Assembly (NCBI GenBank): GCA_030695905.1
Contig: JAUYOL010000015.1
Span: 8,518-72,517, forward strand
From: Candidatus Omnitrophota bacterium
GTDB taxonomy: Bacteria; Omnitrophota; Gorgyraeia; 2-01-FULL-45-10
Direction: 5' to 3'
Length of the DNA: 64,000 nucleotides
Under the pieces are notes generated by a model that was not told the origin of the DNA, made no database searches, and worked only from the letters and a program-made list of their open reading frames with translations. Both the position numbers and the translations under genes were made by a program. Of the stretch, positions 10,201 to 17,548 are shown piece after piece (the first letter of the stretch is position 1; the number at the start of each line of letters is the position of its first letter).

Positions 10201-10434
10201 ATTGAGGTCTATGGCGGACAGCCCAATAAGCAGGCGGCCGATCTTTTGACGAACTTCGATCCCGGCAGGATGATATGGCATGGTTATACAGGCGCCGCGG
10301 GATGGATGCTGCGTCAGGCTATGGAGGGCGTGATAGGCGCGTCTTTGGTGAAGAACGAACTTATTATGCCGTCAGACCTGGATAAGCCAAGAGGAGAATT
10401 AAAGATAAAAAGTGTCCGAAGGGAATGCGCATAG
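4291..10434 (+). CDS. Giant membrane protein: signal peptide + exported domain + polytopic membrane domain + GH94 (Cgs/NdvB C-terminal-type) glycoside phosphorylase
   Basis: Two GH94 N-terminal supersandwich repeats (LTNGEYKV...; TPRPY...NSQQNRLTPDWPD), YQTSGAYGFRDQLQD, catalytic GDWNDG, GESIWLG, GVRENG, YTGAAGW; aa ~200-985 carry many hydrophobic segments. Confidence 0.85.
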   Translation: MRRLLLIAAALVSVLTSNVQASDNQPSFSIIDAKEKGIFNIGPAVGDVVSKQEESAKKEVLVLDYSIFKGAIIGVWTKGFPKGINQEAVDAVKVGLKVQNDEYLDTISVKLEIKGSKDVQSVPLRLKKGWNYVKETINWNTIGDLKEVVFVVSPVTINPTGGDPMWWFSTQEAPTAKSNGKTDGMLYIDLDFYKLTFLQKYFTFIKYGLVLILGLILGLVTLIFSELFGKKHKAGSVKRAVPTAGFTLSSIKRDLLYGIAAVSIIGISMAAFSVGSARLLDSGIRFEFLAIGLAGAVITWVIKRGLTGKNLTAVEVFQDIVLTGILAAASSRQAVLQAPSSWADILVFSNLIAGITLLIYHVANLCSISSSGRHLKFVTGLLIAITPYLFNWLLLLENVSIPHMLGNLLTFNLLSAWPAISGIMGRVVIVFIFNEVVTNMISIAIDGKALKTLKAHLFTFFVSLAISVSPDIADLGSTKIIASLPVLLRAIASIITTMLSYAGLWGEVYLITGMILDGIKRVAPSREAVSKNIITGMRKGMAYSGILVAFMYALKMLLDANTVQSIAKSFPVIVGIAVGAAVFPLLKTIIETFDGSLPFFQRMRYSYRDGTLYARGAVAGFGFAYMVTQGFIQKTMSERILFGTTTGLIASGGISILRDIFYAIKHQGKIQSWRLYFTDSIFGAFAGSALAFYIDALQVPVVIEKFKLYMSSGLPPADYVTYPLINKWGRVNLGTYSGGPKLLFIESLAGVINWSIAAWLFAVNKVFMQAFFDKDKTPIKFFFSKAGFAQLMEHMLYVLRWGLWMSPIIFTFLRMMPNPTWYNQDGAIRTAVAIYNNITMSPETFNAWSLKVFVYVLAFDIFRVLIWMDHMGLRVATLVNLSFIGMDKLDEKVSRFIGPAAAQRYIPEGIKRFATWAPLLIPFYLPRGQDWDYAWSTAEGIQSASKDAGLVANINSLGLPEKITLIFAAIALFTILSFVGRLWGKRIKERKDRNYELTNGEYKVTVKDTGEVFSESIYKEHDVSRRSYDIIDPCGRILYLVDASESSDSKKRYWPVVGNFPKKQFEPSKIQKNEDSIEFVNVANGVSASVNITIPDPDDMAEMWAIKLENTTDKKRELKVVPYLEWVLNRALDDRFHTQYQRLYPEMEYLSELNTMLSWQKSTKAMGILASDIPAQGILSSRVDFIGRAQSIWSPRALETLKFLPAGDTASHPTFDPIGSLLLGVSLEPNSSKTFNILIGYSKNKKAALELINKHLKPKGIKKPAVEKKSPFIGHGEIPAGTPKPYFRYEDNGNKLIVNTPYTPRPYDHALSNAIHSVMVTNRGLHTSCNGNSQQNRLTPDWPDIATKEIPTEAIYLYDENNGSWYSPTYHPLNDKNAKYESEFGTDGTAVFRMLRQAVSTELKVFVPHDDPLGVYLLKINNNSDKPLKMRVAPYFEMTLAFQPERSGPLQAKRDKVSGALLYENPRNIFRSGWAFASMSLPSQKFETRRGRFFGNGRGVTNPYMVEKGESDKTQFTDDRAIASFIGTVEIPAGQEREIAVILGQTDTKKDALSLARKYNDIGLVKKALDDTRNWWMKLMGTLSVQTNKPEFDYYQNWLKYQALAERIWARRGFYQTSGAYGFRDQLQDTVNLIWIDPALARKQLILHASQQFIEGDVFHWFFTLTDGRTSFSCRSHASDNPVWLAWGIVEYIRATGDHSILDEMTSYVVSEFPFAPLPKNKQGWGHMYHRSTRSDTVYKHCMRSIDLILKKRSGKHGLPLMGVGDWNDGLDEIGSEGKGESIWLGFFLYYILKGMVDIIEMKDGPSRKEYYVKRMAKLKSALEDTWRGDRYLRAFHDNGMEIGVKDSGIWEIDALTASWAVIAGMDFDRCVTIFSTALQVLEKDNAILLGWPALREDSKPYLGRSSKYPEGVRENGMYCHGVQWLIRAARIIAEEFDKKGNQDKAGEYRATAYRLWLKVSAIWHMTEKEIEVYGGQPNKQAADLLTNFDPGRMIWHGYTGAAGWMLRQAMEGVIGASLVKNELIMPSDLDKPRGELKIKSVRRECA

Positions 10435-11249
10435 TCCATAAAGTATTTTTTACCCTATTAGTATTTATCTTAATAACTGTATCGGCGGCATCTGCCGCCG
10501 ATACAGTCCAGCCTAAATCAGGTATCTTACACACCAAAGATGGTATAATCATTTCATACGACCATTACAAAGAAGGTTCGAGGCCCGTCATTATAGTGTG
10601 CCCCGGATTTTTTAACAGCAAAGACAATAGATGGATGCGCAGATCCGTCGAGATGCTTAATTCTAATTATGACGTGATAATATTCGATTTTCGCGGTCAC
10701 GGAAAAAGCACAGGCAAATATACATGGTCGGCAAAAGAGTACATGGATCTGGACGCGGTTATAGATTACGCGAAGTCTTCTGGGTATAAATATATAGGCA
10801 TACTTGCTTTTTCTCTCGGCGCGGCCGTGGCGGTGAATGAAGCCGCCGTAAGAAGCGACATTGACAGTATGGTGCTTATAAGCTGCCCTTCAAGATTCCA
10901 GAGCATAGACTACTGTTTCTGGGAGCCCGGGATGTTTTCTGACTTAAAAGACAATATGGAATGTAATTGGCAGGGCAAGGGCGCGAAATTTTCGAATATA
11001 TTTATGCATAAAGAAGATCCGATAGACTCGATACGCCTTATAAAAAACACACCTCTGCTTTTTTTACAGGGAGACAATGATTGGGTAATAAAGGCCAGGC
11101 ACGCCAAAAAATTATATGACGCCGCAATATCAGAAAAGAAGCTCGGGATAATAAAAGACGGGCTGCACGCCGAGAGGCTATTACAGTTTCATTATGATGA
11201 GGTTAAAGATCTTGTGTTAGACTGGTTTTCCAAAACAATAAAGTCATAG
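10425..11249 (+). CDS. Exported alpha/beta hydrolase
   Basis: Signal peptide, FDFRGHGKS, nucleophile elbow AFSLG, GDND and GLHAE; overlaps the 3' end of the GH94 gene. Confidence 0.85.
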   Translation: MRIVHKVFFTLLVFILITVSAASAADTVQPKSGILHTKDGIIISYDHYKEGSRPVIIVCPGFFNSKDNRWMRRSVEMLNSNYDVIIFDFRGHGKSTGKYTWSAKEYMDLDAVIDYAKSSGYKYIGILAFSLGAAVAVNEAAVRSDIDSMVLISCPSRFQSIDYCFWEPGMFSDLKDNMECNWQGKGAKFSNIFMHKEDPIDSIRLIKNTPLLFLQGDNDWVIKARHAKKLYDAAISEKKLGIIKDGLHAERLLQFHYDEVKDLVLDWFSKTIKS

Positions 11250-11253
11250 TCAG

Positions 11254-12444
11254 ATGGATATGAAATTGTCCAAAGTTAAAAGCGTCCGTTATTGCATTGT
11301 TTTTGTATTGTGCGCCTCTATCCTCGCGGGATGCTCGTCCATACCGATACAGACATCATCGTCATATTTTAAGGATCTTTATAAGCGTATCCAATATACC
11401 ATGGACGGCCGGTACAGAGTGGTCGATATCTTCTATGCCACGACCAGAAAGTTGAATGAAAATAAGACATCATCCATATATTTTACCAATAAAATTTCCG
11501 ACAGCCTGGCGACAGGAGAACTTAATATAAAGATAGACCCGGGGTTAAGGATAGAGAAGATGCTGCCTAAACGCCTGAAAAGAGAAGGTATAATAGGCAT
11601 ACAGGATATAACTAAGTCCGACGAAGACGCGTTTATAAAAAAGTTATCGGATACGGTAAAATCATCGCCGCATAAATCCCTTCTCGTCGTTGTGTTTGGT
11701 TACAAAGATGATTTCGAGGCCACGGCAATTAAGGCGGCATATTTCGCGTATCTGCTTGATATAAATACTCCGGTACTTCTTTTTGATTGGCCCGGAGATC
11801 AGCCCGTTGATATAGGCGGTTATAAAAATGCCCAGGGGTTTGCTACGGAGTCAGGACACCGCCTGGGAGAGCTATTAATAAAGATAAACCGTGAGGTTAA
11901 GCCTGAAAAGCTATGGGTTAAAGCGTCCAGCCTTGGCTGCCAGGTTGTATGTGATGCCTTTGATCAGATGTATAAATGTTCGGACTGTTCCGACGCCGAT
12001 ACGGAGATAGATCATGTTATATTGGCCGCTCCTGATGTTAGCCAGGACGAATTCGACAACAAATTTAAGGAGCAATTAATGGCGCTTTCAAATAGGCTGA
12101 CCGCGTATGTCTCTTCCGACGATGAAGCGCTGCTTGTAAGCGGCCTCATAAATGACGATAGGAGGCTTGGCCGTCAGAAACCCAGGATAAAGGATCCGGC
12201 GCAGCTTGAGGAAGCGAAGAATCTATTATACTTGAAGTCTCAAAATCCGGACAGGGTAACCGTTATCGACGTGACGCCGATAAATTACGCGAGCTACAAG
12301 CACGGTTATTATCTTGAGTCTCCGGAATTCTTCGATGATTTCTATATGCGTATATTTGGTACAAATCCGAGTTTAAATCGCAGATTATATCTTCTTAAGT
12401 TCAAAGACAAGACCGATTATTGGGTCTTGCAGGGCAATAGGTAG
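11254..12444 (+). CDS. Lipoprotein alpha/beta hydrolase (DUF900-like)
   Basis: Lipobox LAGC, IFYATTR, LFDWP, ASSLG elbow, LAAPDV, HGYY. Confidence 0.75.
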   Translation: MDMKLSKVKSVRYCIVFVLCASILAGCSSIPIQTSSSYFKDLYKRIQYTMDGRYRVVDIFYATTRKLNENKTSSIYFTNKISDSLATGELNIKIDPGLRIEKMLPKRLKREGIIGIQDITKSDEDAFIKKLSDTVKSSPHKSLLVVVFGYKDDFEATAIKAAYFAYLLDINTPVLLFDWPGDQPVDIGGYKNAQGFATESGHRLGELLIKINREVKPEKLWVKASSLGCQVVCDAFDQMYKCSDCSDADTEIDHVILAAPDVSQDEFDNKFKEQLMALSNRLTAYVSSDDEALLVSGLINDDRRLGRQKPRIKDPAQLEEAKNLLYLKSQNPDRVTVIDVTPINYASYKHGYYLESPEFFDDFYMRIFGTNPSLNRRLYLLKFKDKTDYWVLQGNR

Positions 12445-12464
12445 TTAAGACATCAAAAAGTGAT

Positions 12465-12493
12465 TTGACGCGCCTTCTCTTTTGCAATACAAT
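12465..12493 (+). promoter_or_regulatory. Sigma70-type promoter of the GNAT gene (probably leaderless)
   Basis: TTGACG-17 bp-TACAAT; an in-frame GTG sits at 12500. Confidence 0.65.
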
Positions 12494-12499
12494 GATCGT

Positions 12500-13108
12500 G
12501 TGCAAAAGATAACTGTAAGACGAGGGAAGCCCGAAGACGCCCACCATTTTTCCGAACTCGTTGCGTTATCAAGTCCCGCGCTTTTTTTAGTCCTCTTTGG
12601 CTCAAAAGTAAAAAGATTGATGGAAAAACTCTTTCCGCATAAAAGGCACTACTATAGCTTTGACAGGTCTTTCTTTATTGAGGTCGACGGAAATACGGCG
12701 GGTATGGCGCAGTTGCACAGATTCAGACCCAGAAGAAGAGAAAAGATAAACCTGACTTTTCTGCTTATGAAGTATATGAATTGGCGCCTGCCTTCGAGCG
12801 TAGCCCCACTTTTAATGTCAGAAAAGATCATCAGAGATTTTTCAGGCAGAGACTGTTATTTGAGTAATGTCGCGGTCTACCCCGAATATAGAAGCCTTGG
12901 CCTTGGTTCAAAACTATTAGGCGCCATCGAAGAAGAAGTAAAGAGCGCCGGTAAAAATAGAATAGTGCTTCATGCGGATGCTAAAAATCATGGCGCAATC
13001 AGGTTATACGAAAGGCTCGGATACAGGATAGAAGAGAAGTCCCCCACTCTTAAGATTAGAAATAAATATTTTGATTATCTTATTATAAAAAAGAATCTTG
13101 CTTCTTAA
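12500..13108 (+). CDS. GNAT family N-acetyltransferase
   Basis: YLSNVAVYPEYRSLGLGSKLL acetyl-CoA motif, N..AIRLYERLGY; start moved to GTG 12500 because of the promoter position. Confidence 0.85.
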   Translation: MQKITVRRGKPEDAHHFSELVALSSPALFLVLFGSKVKRLMEKLFPHKRHYYSFDRSFFIEVDGNTAGMAQLHRFRPRRREKINLTFLLMKYMNWRLPSSVAPLLMSEKIIRDFSGRDCYLSNVAVYPEYRSLGLGSKLLGAIEEEVKSAGKNRIVLHADAKNHGAIRLYERLGYRIEEKSPTLKIRNKYFDYLIIKKNLAS

Positions 13109-14468
13109 CTCTTCCCAGGTAGTAATACCAAAAGTCCAATCCCCTGTAACACTCCGACGCGGATGTATCTATTAAGGTATCGCTATCTATGCCGAACTCG
13201 GAAAGCTTATACAGGTTATCATTCTTCAACAGTTTGTGTTTTAGCAGTATTGCCGAGCCTATAATATTCGCCGGCATCCCTTTACGCAAACCCTCCTTAT
13301 TATTGCCATTACATATAAGATGATACTCCAGATTTCCCGATAAGACGCTCAAAATTTGTATTGCTATGGATATGAATATGAGAATAACGGCAAAATATCG
13401 CGCCAGACATTTTTTGGAGATAAAAATATAAAGCGGAAATAACCAAAGAAATATTGTCGGCACGAGAAGCCGCGGCCCCCAGCACCATCCGCCGTACCAC
13501 ATATGCCACATGGATATCGCGATAAGATTCGATAGTATTATGGATACAAAGAATACCGCTTCCCTGCGATAGTCCTTAAAAATTTTTATATAACCTATCA
13601 CGCTTAATATAAGTATTGGATTATATATAAATATTCCTTTATCCAGATAGTACAGTAATTTCGGGATATTTGTCTTTATGCCGGATAGATAGAACATGCC
13701 CGCTTCAGCGCCGTAACCAAATTCGAATATATCATGAAATCTTATATAGTTTAAAGATAGGCTAAAGCAGATAGCGCCCAGGATAAACGATAAAAATATC
13801 AGGCCGTGGGCGGCAGCGCGTTTTATATTCTCCTTATTTATTAGCCATATATAAACAAGGAACGGCGGCGCATATATTAAGTTAATGGTTCCTATCAAGA
13901 TAAGGAAAGCGTATGACGTGCCCGCCGCCAACAAACTATTTTTTGTATTTTTCAGGGTAAGATATACTGAAAGTATCAGAAAAAAGCCTTGGGTTACTTC
14001 CGAGAAGGTCCATATGCTATAGCGCCACTGCATCGTTGCCAGGCCCAGCACAAAAGCCATTATTACCGCGGTCTTTAATGGGACATAGAATTTTTTATAT
14101 AGCATGCGGAAGAATATTGCCGCCGCGCCGGCGCCGAAGAAGATATTATAAAAAGATACCAGAAAATTTACTATGAACTCTTTTGGGGCCGCGCTTATAT
14201 GCGCGATAAGCTTTGAGGCAAGAATAAAAGGGATAAATATTACCGCAAGGCCTATTCCGTATTTTGAATAGTATTTCCCATCCCGGGATTCAAAGCAATA
14301 CCCTCCTGTGTGCTCATCTATGGCCAGAGAGCCTTTCTCAATAATGGATTCCGCGGTGAGAATAGAGAAATGGGTGTCGCTTATCTCTATGAATCCTTTT
14401 GCCGTGATAAGATATATCAGGCCGAGCAGGCAGAATATGAGGATAGCGCTTTTTGTTGTCTTATCCAT
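13083..14468 (-). CDS. Polytopic membrane glycosyltransferase-like protein (GT-C fold, ArnT/PMT-like)
   Basis: Many TM helices, N-terminal loop ISD...YYSKYGIG, WYGGWCWGPRLLVP motif. Confidence 0.6.
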   Translation of the reverse strand: MDKTTKSAILIFCLLGLIYLITAKGFIEISDTHFSILTAESIIEKGSLAIDEHTGGYCFESRDGKYYSKYGIGLAVIFIPFILASKLIAHISAAPKEFIVNFLVSFYNIFFGAGAAAIFFRMLYKKFYVPLKTAVIMAFVLGLATMQWRYSIWTFSEVTQGFFLILSVYLTLKNTKNSLLAAGTSYAFLILIGTINLIYAPPFLVYIWLINKENIKRAAAHGLIFLSFILGAICFSLSLNYIRFHDIFEFGYGAEAGMFYLSGIKTNIPKLLYYLDKGIFIYNPILILSVIGYIKIFKDYRREAVFFVSIILSNLIAISMWHMWYGGWCWGPRLLVPTIFLWLFPLYIFISKKCLARYFAVILIFISIAIQILSVLSGNLEYHLICNGNNKEGLRKGMPANIIGSAILLKHKLLKNDNLYKLSEFGIDSDTLIDTSASECYRGLDFWYYYLGRVKKQDSFL

Positions 14469-14475
14469 AGCGTAT

Positions 14476-14485
14476 ATTATATAAT
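14476..14485. promoter_or_regulatory. Palindromic bidirectional -10 element ATTATATAAT between divergent genes
   Basis: Reads TATAAT on both strands, inside a 43-bp divergent intergenic gap. Confidence 0.5.
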
Positions 14486-14511
14486 AATCACAATAAATAG
14501 AGGTTTAAAAA

Positions 14512-16167
14512 TTGCGCATAGCGTATCTTGCTTTAAAAATACTGGCGCCTAAAGCCAGGCATTTCGAGAATTCCACAAAAAAACCCATAGAGGTTCAGAA
14601 AAAACTGCTTTTCCAATATCTGCATCGTAATAAGAATACCGAATATGGAGTCAAATATCACTTTTCGCATGTGAAATCCATCGGGGATTACCGCATGCTC
14701 GTTCCAATGAGCGATTCCGAAACCATCTTTCCGTATGTAGAGAAGATTAAGAAAGGGACCAATAATATCCTCACGAAGGATAAAGTTGTATTTTTCGGGC
14801 TTACAAGCGGCACCACCGGAAAACCGAAATTCATTCCGGTGACAAATTTTTCCCGGAAGAAGAAAGCCGAAGTGATGGATCTCTGGGCGTATTATATATT
14901 GAAAGATCATCGCGATGCATTGGACGGGAAGGTGCTTGCCATAATAAATCCCGATGACGATGATGCGACGGATATAGGTATACCGGTGGGCGCCGAAAGC
15001 GGTCATGCGTATAAAAATATGCCGCGTATGATAAAAAAGTTTTACGCGGTGCCTTACAATGTGTTTATGATACAGGATTACGAGTCCAGGTATTACTGCA
15101 TAGCGAGGATAGCCCTGGAAAAGAACGTAACTACCATTGCCACGCTGAATCCAAGCACTATCGTTCTTCTTTGCCATAAGATAGAAAAATATAAAGACGA
15201 GCTTATCGAGGATATAGAGAAGGGGACTTTAAGTAAGAATGTAAAAGTGCCGCCTTACGCAAGAAACGCTTTTGAGCGCACTTTCAGGCCGAATAAAAAA
15301 AGAGCCGATGAATTAAAGAATATTCTAAAAGAAAAAAAAGAGTTGCTGCCGAAATATTTTTGGCCAAACCTTAAACTCATAGAGTGCTGGAAGGGCGGGA
15401 CTGTAAAATTATACCTAAGAGAATTGCCGCAGTATTTCGGCGGCGTTCCCATAAGAGATTTCGGCTGCCTTTCAACGGAAGCCCGCAGCTCGATACCTAT
15501 GAGCGACACGGGAGCCGGCGGGGTCCTCGCGATAAACACCAATTTTTATGAATTTATTCCAAAAGAAGATATTGGAAAGAGCGAAAAGCGTTTTCTTTTG
15601 TGCGATGAACTGGAGAAGGCTAAAGAATATTATCTTATAGTTACTACTCCGGGCGGATTATACAGGTATAATATAGATGATATAATTACCGTTACCGGAT
15701 TTTATAACAGGACGCCTGTCATAGAATTTGTGCAGAAAGGGTTAAACGCCGTTTCTATAATGGGAGAGAAGCTTTATGAGTCTCAAGTGAATGAGGCGGT
15801 AAACAGGGCTGCCGATAAACACAAGCTTCTTATAGCCTTTTTCTCCGCCTGCGCCCAGTGGAATCCGCCAAGATATATATTTCTTGTGGAGTTTGGAAGA
15901 AACGGCCAGAGTGTGAATAAACAGGCATTATTAAGATCCATAGAGGAAGAGCTTGGTAAGGAAAATTCCGAATATAAATATGTCCGCGATTCGCAGCTGT
16001 TAAAGCCTCCTGTGCTGAAAGTAGTCAAGGCGGGAGAGTTTGAGAAGTATCGCGTCAGGCGTGTTAGTGAAGGCGCCAACGATAGCCAATTTAAAGTAGC
16101 CGAATTGACGGCCAATGCAGATTTTGAGAAAAACTTCGCGGTGGAGGAAGAGATCTGCCTGGATTAG
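14512..16167 (+). CDS. GH3 family acyl-adenylate/amido synthetase (paralog 1)
   Basis: TSGTTGKPKFIP, FGCLSTE, FYEFIP, GGLYRYNIDD, GEK, QFK; TTG start with AGAGG SD. Confidence 0.88.
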   Translation: MRIAYLALKILAPKARHFENSTKKPIEVQKKLLFQYLHRNKNTEYGVKYHFSHVKSIGDYRMLVPMSDSETIFPYVEKIKKGTNNILTKDKVVFFGLTSGTTGKPKFIPVTNFSRKKKAEVMDLWAYYILKDHRDALDGKVLAIINPDDDDATDIGIPVGAESGHAYKNMPRMIKKFYAVPYNVFMIQDYESRYYCIARIALEKNVTTIATLNPSTIVLLCHKIEKYKDELIEDIEKGTLSKNVKVPPYARNAFERTFRPNKKRADELKNILKEKKELLPKYFWPNLKLIECWKGGTVKLYLRELPQYFGGVPIRDFGCLSTEARSSIPMSDTGAGGVLAINTNFYEFIPKEDIGKSEKRFLLCDELEKAKEYYLIVTTPGGLYRYNIDDIITVTGFYNRTPVIEFVQKGLNAVSIMGEKLYESQVNEAVNRAADKHKLLIAFFSACAQWNPPRYIFLVEFGRNGQSVNKQALLRSIEEELGKENSEYKYVRDSQLLKPPVLKVVKAGEFEKYRVRRVSEGANDSQFKVAELTANADFEKNFAVEEEICLD

Positions 16168-16209
16168 CTTAGCGAAAAAGGTGTTTAAAATATCGAAAGG
16201 ATATAAGGC

Positions 16210-16533
16210 ATGGACTTTGTTTCGATGAAGACACAGATCAAGAATGCGGGATTGGATAATATTCGTACCGACAACGACGATTATCTGGAGGCAGTGATCA
16301 AAAGAGAGTCGATAGACAATATTATACAGGCGCTTGAGAGTGTATTTGGCAAGCCGGCATGGCCCTCAAAAGATAAGTTGTCCTCCCCGGTGCAAAAACT
16401 TGTTAATGATTACGGAGGCTTAAGGAAAGGGCAGACTTTATTTTCCATTAATGGCGACGGGGTATTGGTATTTGCCATGCTTTGGCCGTGGCAGGATGGT
16501 GAAAGAATTACATTGAAGATGGGCAAAGCCTGA
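16210..16533 (+). CDS. Small hypothetical protein within the GH3 cluster
   Basis: ORF with SD-like AAGG; motif GGLRKGQTL...AMLWPWQD. Confidence 0.7.
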   Translation: MDFVSMKTQIKNAGLDNIRTDNDDYLEAVIKRESIDNIIQALESVFGKPAWPSKDKLSSPVQKLVNDYGGLRKGQTLFSINGDGVLVFAMLWPWQDGERITLKMGKA

Positions 16534-16555
16534 GATAGGCCGGGAGGGTAGAAAA

Positions 16556-17539
16556 ATGAAAAATCTCATAACGGGCGCTACGGGTTTTGTAGGAAGTCAT
16601 ATCGCGGAAAGGCTCATCAAGGAGGGCGAAGAGGTTATAACGCTGGTCAGAAAGACCAGCAAGACAGATTTTTTAAAGAACATAGGCGCAAAGTTCGCTT
16701 ACGGAGATATTAATGATGTAGATTCGATAAAAGACGCGATGAGAGGCATAGATATAGTCTATCACAGCGCTGCGCTCGCCGATGAATGGATATCGCCCAA
16801 GCAAGCCCGCCGCGTCAATGTTGATGGGACGAGAAATTTACTCAATTGCGCGCTGGAAGCGAAAGTAAAAAGATTTGTATTCATAAGCAGCCTCGCTGTT
16901 CTCGGGATGAGAGATCACCATGGAACAAACGCTGATGCTCCATATCATAAAACGGGCGACAGTTATATCGATACCAAGATAGATTCCGAACAGCTCGTTA
17001 TGGGTTACTACAAAAAATATGGTTTGCCGGTTACCGTGGTAAGGCCCGGGTTTGTATTCGGCCCGAGAGACAATAAGCTGATACCGCGTCTTTCCGACAG
17101 GCTCGGAAAAAAGCAGTTTATGTTTGTCGGCAGCGGCAAGAACAAGATAAATTCCGTTTATGTCGAAAACCTCACAGACGCGATAATACTTGCCGCCAGA
17201 AGCGACAAGGCGATAGGTCAGAAGTATAATGTTACCAATGACAGCGGCATGACGCTGGAAGACCTGGTATTCAAAATCGTTGATATCTGGAAGTTCGACA
17301 AGCCCAAAAAGCATATTCCCAAAGCCATGGCTTATCTGGTATGCCATGTACTTACCGCCATCGCGCGCCTCACAAAGGCCAAAGAGCCGCCTTATATTAC
17401 AAAGACGCGTATAAAATTTTTGTGTTTAAACCTTGATTTCGATATTGCGAAAACAAGAAATGACCTCGGCTATGTTCCGCGAGTTTCGATAGAAGATGGT
17501 TTAAGAAGAACCAAAGAATGGATGCAGAAGAAAGGATAG
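16556..17539 (+). CDS. NAD-dependent epimerase/dehydratase, extended SDR (3-beta-HSD-like)
   Basis: TGATGFVG, HSAA, NVDGT, ISS, YxxxK (YIDTK), RPGFVFGPRD. Confidence 0.88.
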   Translation: MKNLITGATGFVGSHIAERLIKEGEEVITLVRKTSKTDFLKNIGAKFAYGDINDVDSIKDAMRGIDIVYHSAALADEWISPKQARRVNVDGTRNLLNCALEAKVKRFVFISSLAVLGMRDHHGTNADAPYHKTGDSYIDTKIDSEQLVMGYYKKYGLPVTVVRPGFVFGPRDNKLIPRLSDRLGKKQFMFVGSGKNKINSVYVENLTDAIILAARSDKAIGQKYNVTNDSGMTLEDLVFKIVDIWKFDKPKKHIPKAMAYLVCHVLTAIARLTKAKEPPYITKTRIKFLCLNLDFDIAKTRNDLGYVPRVSIEDGLRRTKEWMQKKG

Positions 17540-17548
17540 CGCCGCAAA

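Noticed and set aside
4291-10434. Calling this ndvB/cgs cyclic beta-1,2-glucan synthase
   Set aside because: Only the GH94 part is recognisable; I see no GT84-like motifs, and the protein is shorter and begins with a signal peptide
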